Assembly (NCBI GenBank): GCA_020536535.1
Contig: JAHLWZ010000676.1
Location: 113,316-177,315, forward strand
Direction: 5' to 3'
Source: Pelomyxa schiedti
Taxonomy: Eukaryota; Protista; Evosea
Length of the DNA stretch: 64,000 nt
Below the pieces are notes generated by a model that worked only from the letters and a program-made list of their open reading frames with translations, searched no databases and was not told where the DNA came from. Numbering within the stretch: position 1 is the stretch's first letter; every line of letters starts with the position of its first letter. Of the stretch, positions 56,251-64,000 are shown piece by piece. The position numbers were made by a program, and so were the translations under genes.

Positions 56251-59200
56251 ATGTTGCTCCCCCGAGTCGCCGAGTACCTGGTGTTCGTGGGGGCCTCGGC
56301 CGAGCCCCTCAGGGCCACCATCAGCACCCCCAGGCAGCACCAGCAGTCGTCGGCGTCGGGGCGGGCCCTGCCCCCCTCGGTGCCGCCGCCTCCGACCTCC
56401 CCGGCCCCTGTCCCCAAGTCCATCGCGCTGATCCCGCGCTCCTCGCGGGACGCCATCACCAACCCCCAGCCGCGCCCGGCCACTTCGTCGGCGGCGGCGG
56501 GAGCTACTGCGTCCGGTGTTGCTACTGCAACTGCAACTGCAACTGCAACTGCGAATGCAACCTCGTCATCGAGTGCGAGTGCTACTGCAGCTGCTACCAC
56601 GTCATCGTCTTCGTCGTCGTCATCTGCAACTGCAACTGCGGGGGCAGGGACGAGGACTGCGTCGCTCAATTCGGAGGAGACCGTTGGTGATTCTAAATCG
56701 AAGCCACATCCACCTGAAATGGATAAGGGGCCATTCAAGGTCTGAGTAGTTCTTTATTTTATTAGATAAGGTTCATTTTAAGTGATCTTTATTGAATCAT
56801 TTCAAGGGTGAAGTTATTGACAGGCTCCCAGTTCGTGATCACTCAGACTTCCCGTTACCCCCCAATTTATGGATTGTAGGTCATTATTACATTGAAATTA
56901 ATTGTTGAAAAATACAATTACAGTATCAGATTAACAAATACCCTGCAAATTGCAGCTTTGCTTCCCTCACGGCATTGTCCTGGAGCATTCAGCCAAAGTA
57001 CCAAAGTACTTCATTTTTTCTGGAACCTCTTCCAACGGTGCCAGATTTTATGGCAATGCTCTTACAGTGTGTAACATTACAGTACCTTGATGCTTCCTTA
57101 CATGTCACAGATTTTCCAATCCCACAATTCAGCTCCTGGAGTAGAAAGTTCTCTCTCCTATTTACGCTTATTGACCATAGATTTTCTCTCCTTTATGCAT
57201 TTGCATTATCTCGAGGCACCATTTATTTAGTACAATGGCCCATTTCCTCACTACAATTTTTCAAGTATAGCAAGAGCCCACATATTATATTTTCGAAATA
57301 TAATGTTAGAACCATAGATGTTATCAAGTGGTGAATCTACACCTACATTTTCGTTACTTCAACATATATTTTTTGATATGCCTCTTGTATCGCCAGGTAT
57401 CCTTGGAGCTCACTTCAAATCGTTCCAACTCTTGTAGGTTCAATCATAAACTGTAATTTTATGTCTCCAAACTTCAGTGTCACTTTACCTCCTTGTAATT
57501 ACTTTTCACCTTATCAGGTAGTTATGAAGCACTCTTACAACCCAATTTCCCACATTACCACATAGATGTCATTTAAAACTTTATTTGATTGCCTTGGAAT
57601 CAGATTAGCAATTGACTTAATTGCAAGTATACTAGAAGAACCAAAAGTTTTAATGCTTTCAAAATCGCACAGCTTGCTTACAATTGGTAATGAGGGGGAA
57701 AAAAAAAACAAACCAACTAAAAATTCGAAGTTGCCGAAACTGTCATTTCTCTTCTATACCCATTTTCTTATATTCATGTAATGTTTCTTCCATATCGGAG
57801 CTCTCTAAATGGACCAGGTGTATGCACCGACTCTGGGTTGCTCAATGTGGGACTACTGTCATGCCCCAATGCCCTATTTCATGGGAATACTGACTCTCAA
57901 TCCCAATGACAAAGCCATGTCTGCTCTATTGCAATCAATTTCAGATGTTTGCCTCTTACAAGTGCTCTCTCATTAATCTCTTTTAGCAAAACCAGGTTGT
58001 TGTGTTGGATCTTGACTCTGGGGAAGTGATCTATGGGGAACTGAAATCGACTATGTCCAACACAACAAAACGTGACTTGATTCAAAGTTTACATAACATT
58101 CTACATCCTGAAATGGGCCAGTTAGAAAGTCTGTCTACCCTTGGCTGCTTTGAGCCTAAACTTTTTAAGGCTTCAAAGCTCCCACCGTTGTGAACGAGGA
58201 CATAAATGAGCTTATTAGGACAGTGTTTCTAAACTTCTTTGTATCACTGCTGTGGGAATTCAGATCTTTTTTGCACACAATAAGGTAGTTAGTCAGTAAT
58301 TTATCGTACCTAATTTTTTGAGGAAGAAAATATCCCAAACCAACATTTTTGTTTGACAAAGAGAAATTTTTATTATCCCAAAGCCTAGATAAGCGGGTAT
58401 TTAATTTATTCCACATTCTTTTTCCTGTTAAACTCAATCTCTTCAGCCACTAGTGCAAGTAATTGTAGAAACACAACTATTTAGTCACTTTTTGGACTCC
58501 TATTATTATCATGATAAAAATTTATTTGATTTGGCGGTAAGAACCTACTCCTCTAGTTCTGGTAATTGTTACAGCACTGTAACTTGGAGTAATCAATCCT
58601 TCAACAGTTTTAGATCTACCAAGCCTGCAAAGCGCCATTAAATCCCAAGTTGACACAGAAGTCTCACTGAAGCCCACCATTGCCCTATACCATACTACAA
58701 TTTCTTCTACTGTGCTGCTCAATCCTACTTCTCCGTTGCCTCGCCTATCCCCTGAGTTATTTGAATCACTTTCCCCAACACCTCCAACTCCACAGACAAC
58801 CACAACAAAGCATGTGTATCACATAAATGTATTCTCCTTACTTCAATTTTTTGGCTTATATTCAAAAGGGTGGTACATGTGAAATTACAGGAAGTGATCT
58901 TATTTCAAATGATGCAGACCACCTCGTTTCCTCATTGTTTGAACCGACACATACACTGAAGTATTTTTCTTGATTCCCTTTTTTCAGCACACAACTAACA
59001 TCCCCAGAAACAAAAACATCCCACAGATGTTGTCAACTAATCTCCACAGTGCTTTCTGCTTCTGTAAGTCGTTGGTGGAAACCCTGAAGCAACATAAATT
59101 TTCGCTGTCAAGTGATGCCTTTGAGATCCTATCTCAAATAATTATTGCAATACTCGATGCATGCAACAGCACCTCTGATTTCAGGTTTCACTCAAAAAAC

Positions 59201-60992
59201 TGGGACTGATGAACTTACACTACCAGAGCGGCTGCTGAACTTCTCTCTGTCATTCCGTTGGTTACACGTGAGATCAATTTCACACCCGAGTTTATGAAGG
59301 TACAGTGCTGGAAAGCAAACATTAACTTGACCATTATTCAAACCAGACCCGTGTGAAAAATGAAGCAATATGGAAATCCACAAAGTTCTGGCAATTTTCA
59401 TTAGCATGTACTTGCTTTTTGTCACGGTCATCTCAATGATTTGTTGCAAGATCGAATGAAGTCCCTCAGAAACCCCAACGATATTGGTCAGTGCTTCTTT
59501 GAAAATGATAATCATCTCTCTGAGGAGCAACGTGCATCTGCTGTTGCTTTTGAGCTTAAAGCATTTGACCAAGTTATGGTTGAACAAGGTGACGGTAAAG
59601 ATGAATGCAGGAAAGTACTTACCATTCGTAGTTTCTTATATGGCGGAGCTTGGAGTTCCATGTGAATGGGTTCAAAACTACATCTCATCTCTGGGAGCCA
59701 AGTGCTTTATTCCCGCCAGCACTCAGCAACAGCTAATAGCTTTGCATGAAAACATGTACCGAGCAATTGACAACTTTTTTCTTTTTTTCTAAAAACATAC
59801 AAGGACCAAGTTTGCACAGGTTCTACAAGAAACAGAATACCATGGTACAACTACATCACACTATTGTAATGTCCACCAGCTCGGACCTCCAACTCCCTCC
59901 AGCCCTTCTGGACACCACGCACCAAAGCCAGGCCCCTCACCTTTAGCACAGGCACCCTCGCAACAAGTAGCAAAACCAGTAACACAAAGTAAACCCGTGG
60001 AACAACCAGCCAAAACCTTAGAACAAGTCCGGTATTGCACTTCACAGGAACAAGATGACGAAGAAATACCGCCACCTCCTCCTCCAATAAAAAAACATCC
60101 AAAGAAAGTACAAACACCCAAACCCAAATCTTCATCCAGCTCACTTTCAGACTCCGCCCATAAATCCCATAAAAAACATTCCCACCCACCTAAAACCACT
60201 AGCATTAATAGTAAGCCTGCTTCAAGTTCCCCCTCCAGTAAAGATCTCGACGCCCGCTCAGTAAAATCTACTTCCTCCAGGCATGGAAGCAATCACTCAC
60301 GAACACACACTCCTAAAGGCCGAAACTCCAATCGTTTATCACAACCACCACCAGCATCAACCTCATCACCCAAAACACCTTCTAGAACCAACACCAACAC
60401 CGTTATAGTAAAACCCCCGACCACCACAAAACCCACAACAAGCACCAGCACCAGCACAAAACCACAATCCCAGCAACCAACAACACCACAAGAAACACCT
60501 AAGCCGGAACCCAAAAAGCCCCCCACACAGCGCCGTACTTCCCCCTCCCCTTCCCCCTCACCCCACAAACCAGCATCCAAATCCACATCCAAATCCAAAT
60601 CCAAACCCAAGTCCAAGTCCAAATCCTCCCACTCCTCATCATCTAGTACATCCTCTTCATCCTCCTCAGGATCCACATCCCCAGTCCACCCGTCACCATC
60701 CACTATCAACCAACAACCACCCAGCCCCACCACATACACCCTCATTCCCAGTTCTCCACACTCTGCACGTAGACCAAATGGCCCTGTTGCAGGTCACCAC
60801 AAAACAACAACCTCAGGAACTTCTTCCACTCCTTCAGCTTCTTCTCCTTCAACTTCAAATAGTACACCAAACACAATCACAGATACAAATTCTCCTACAC
60901 AAGGGAGTACCAACAACGCAGCTTTGGTCCCTAATACCACCAAAGCCAATACCAACACTAACAATAGGCAGAGCAACAAGCAATCCTCATGA
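56251..60992 (+). CDS. DENN-domain protein (putative Rab GEF) with Ser/Thr/Pro-rich tail
   Basis: AEYLVFVG; EVIDRLPVRDHSDFPLP..LCFPHG; YGNAL; FKTLFDCLG..ASILEEPKVLMLSKSHSLLT; CPMPYFMGI; LDLD; FDKEKFL; ETQLFSHFL. Confidence 0.88.
56520..56640 (+). repeat. Coding (ACTGCA)n and (TCG/TCA)n microsatellites
   Basis: Encode the ATATAT and poly-Ser runs in DENN exon 1. Confidence 0.8.
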
Positions 60993-61095
60993 GAGGCTTG
61001 TACACATTGTTTTTTGGTTTGTTAATAAACAGACACTACATGAATTTTTGAAAGATTTACTTTTCGTTTGTATGTTTGTTTTAGAGCTGGTGTGT

Positions 61096-63380
61096 CTAGA
61101 GAACCAATAGAATAAGGAGAACACAGTAACAGATCACACTGGTTACCACAATTGGCGTGATGATTGAGGAGGAGCTTGGATGGTTTGGGTAAAGAACTTT
61201 CGGCTCTCCATTTGTAAGCTCAATGTCAAAACAGAGTGAAGTGGATTCACTTGCACAAACATCAACCACTACACAGTCTTCTGGGTCAAAACTGTTGTTT
61301 CGGGTAAGATCTAAAGCCAAAACTGGGGGATTCTACACACAGATTGCATAACTCGGTTCCAAACTGTGTGGGTTTCAGTATTAGGAGGACCAAACATGTG
61401 TTTATTACTTACCTCGTAAGGGTGGTTGGAAACCGTGTACTGAAGGTTGCCTTGGGAAGAACCGCTACAGTGGTGAAGACTTAAAACCCAAATAAAACAA
61501 TGCAGAAAAGTACCCATTTGTTACAGCAATAAGTACTTCACCGCGGGTAAAGGCATAGAAATTAGTCTCTGATGCTCTTTCTACCATGTCCGCATCCCAG
61601 AGCTGTGAGTGGGATTGGATTATTACCGCACGTGAGTTTTACTTACCTGGTTTTCCTTTCTGAAAGAAATGATGGTCTTGATAAACTGATACAACTCTGT
61701 CGAGGTATCGTAGCCTGACCACCACAGCGGTTCTCGACATTCTGGATCAGCGCAGCCATCATATCCTTGCTCCTGTGAAATGTAAGAAAAAAGTAAAAAA
61801 AAGATATCTTGAAAGTACGGATCCATAGTATAGGATGGGGATTCCTTCATTCATAAGAGTGAGGGTCAACGCATTTTTATACAATGTTACATCAGGGTTG
61901 CAGCACAAGAATCTTGAAGGTGAAGTCAGGTAAACATGTAAACTCGGTTCAGCATAACCTCACTTGATCGTGGTTATCTATGAAATTTCCTAGAATAGCG
62001 AGGTTGGAAAAGGTATCTATATACTCCAGAAGCATGTCATGTATCGAAGTCATGGATTCTGCAGAACAAAAGACATCCTGTATTTATGTGATTAACGGAC
62101 TCAGACTTGACCACATATTCACCTCAAGAAGACTTAAGACTTTGAATAGTTATTCTTTAGAGTTTCTTCCTTACCCTTAGTGTAAAAAACATAGGATAGC
62201 TGAGTACACTGTCAAAAGGAGGCTGGTATGAGGCCAGGAAGGCAGGATCTGTATTGTAAACTTCCCCAAATTGGAATACACCAGCTGAAGGGTTGAACTC
62301 CGACCAGAAGGACTTCTCTATCTGTTGCCATCATTTAATTTTTCGCTTTTTATTAATTGAAGTACATGAGGTACAGTATCCACTCGAATTCCATCTGCCC
62401 CAGTAAGTTCTACCAGATATGATATCCAATCAACCAAAGTTTGACGTACATAAGGAATGGACTGATTCAAATCAGGAAGGCCATACAAACGGCAATGTTC
62501 CATCTTTGGATCTATTACTGAAAGTGAGGTAGTAGCTACCACAAACCTGGTATTGGTCATCAAAATCAGCAATCCAACACTCCTACATTGGTTTATTACT
62601 GAATGGGGAATGAATACCAGTTACATACGGAATCACAACCAACACAATCGTGGTAATACACCGTATCATTGAATGGATATATAGTTGTGTAGTTATAGTC
62701 AACAGGGCCTGTAGTAAACAAAGAAACGGAAGAGGGAGGAAACAGAAATGTGAAATGTGTTACATTAGAAAACAGGATGTTAGGGGCTACCTGCATGGTT
62801 GGCTACAACGTCAATCATGACCCACACATCTTTTTCATGGCAAGCCTAGATACTGATTTAAAAGTGGCACGCAAGAAACGATACACCGAGACCTCAATGA
62901 AATCAATCAGATCTTCTTGGGTGCCAAAGAATGGATTCACACTAAACCAGTCCTTCACAAAACATTAGCACCTATCAACAACAGTCGACTTCAATATCAC
63001 GCATCCTGCGCTTAGTTCGCTTAATTCGCTTAATTCTCGTGATTCTACTAAACGTGCACGCGGCCGCGAAAGAGGGAGGAGGAACCAACTTGGGTCCAAA
63101 AACCGTGGTAGCCCAGCGGGGTGTTCTTTACGACAGGGGAGATCCACACGGCGTCGAACCCCATTCCCTTGATGTAGTCGATGTGCTGGGCTATTCCCGC
63201 CCACTTCCCGCCGCAGTACTGCTTGAGGTCGGCGCACGCCGGGGCGCTGCCGTCGCCGGTCGCGAACCGGTCGGTGAGCAGCTGGTATATGGACCTGGAC
63301 CTCCACTCGTCCAACGTGCCGCACATGGCCGCCCCGACGACGATAGACAACCACAACCACAGAGCGGCTCTGACTGCCAT
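61096..63380 (-). CDS. Secreted GH13 alpha-amylase (fungal/Taka-like) with hydrophobic C-terminus
   Basis: Signal peptide; WRSRSIYQLLTDRFA, YCGG, MGFDAVWISP, DVVANH, LPDLNQ, DGIRVDTVPHV, GEV, FIDNHD, GIPILYYG-EQ, REPLW. Confidence 0.93.
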
Positions 63381-63580
63381 TCCCACCCACGTTTTGTGTG
63401 ATTGAACGCGATTCCGAGTTGCCGCCAATTTGAACTGTGAGAACTGCTAAGGGACAGGCACCCAACCTCAGGAATAGAGAAGCCAGAGGGGTTTGAGGAC
63501 GGTGGGTTGACTTCTCTCTGCTTCAGTCCACTCAAACCAACTTTGTGGTTCCAAATTTGGCCCCTTCAATGAAAACCTAG

Positions 63581-64000
<420 letters not shown>

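Noticed and set aside
63008-63040. Short 9-bp tandem repeat (GCTTAATTC-like x3) in the amylase first intron
   Set aside because: Simple slippage repeat; no spacers, not CRISPR-like.

Overview
This is eukaryotic nuclear DNA: a compact, gene-dense region with about 23 protein-coding genes broken by many short (mostly 40-50 nt) spliceosomal introns, so the ORF track shows only exon fragments and intron read-through. Recognisable genes, in order: Rac/Rho GTPase, endonuclease IV, a bacterial-type DsrE-family protein, two tandem GH38 mannosidase-family enzymes (one bacterial-type, one lysosomal-type), two ankyrin proteins, a B-box/Gly-rich protein, a divergent Ras-like GTPase, CDPF1, MCM4, COMMD5, cytoplasmic dynein-2 heavy chain (17 kb, about 90 introns by hand count), PARG, a DENN protein, a GH13 alpha-amylase and the start of actin. 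The content suggests a flagellated, possibly anaerobic amoeboid protist (Archamoebae such as Pelomyxa is my inference, unverified). The most unusual signal is the splicing code. Donors are very degenerate, about 1 in 10 dynein introns is GC-AG, one is GA-AG, GAG/AAG acceptors occur, there is a 55-nt U12-type AT-AC intron, and one intron looks born from exon duplication. Gene 5' ends are CpG-rich while gene bodies look CpG-poor. All gene models were spliced by eye and need RNA-seq confirmation.
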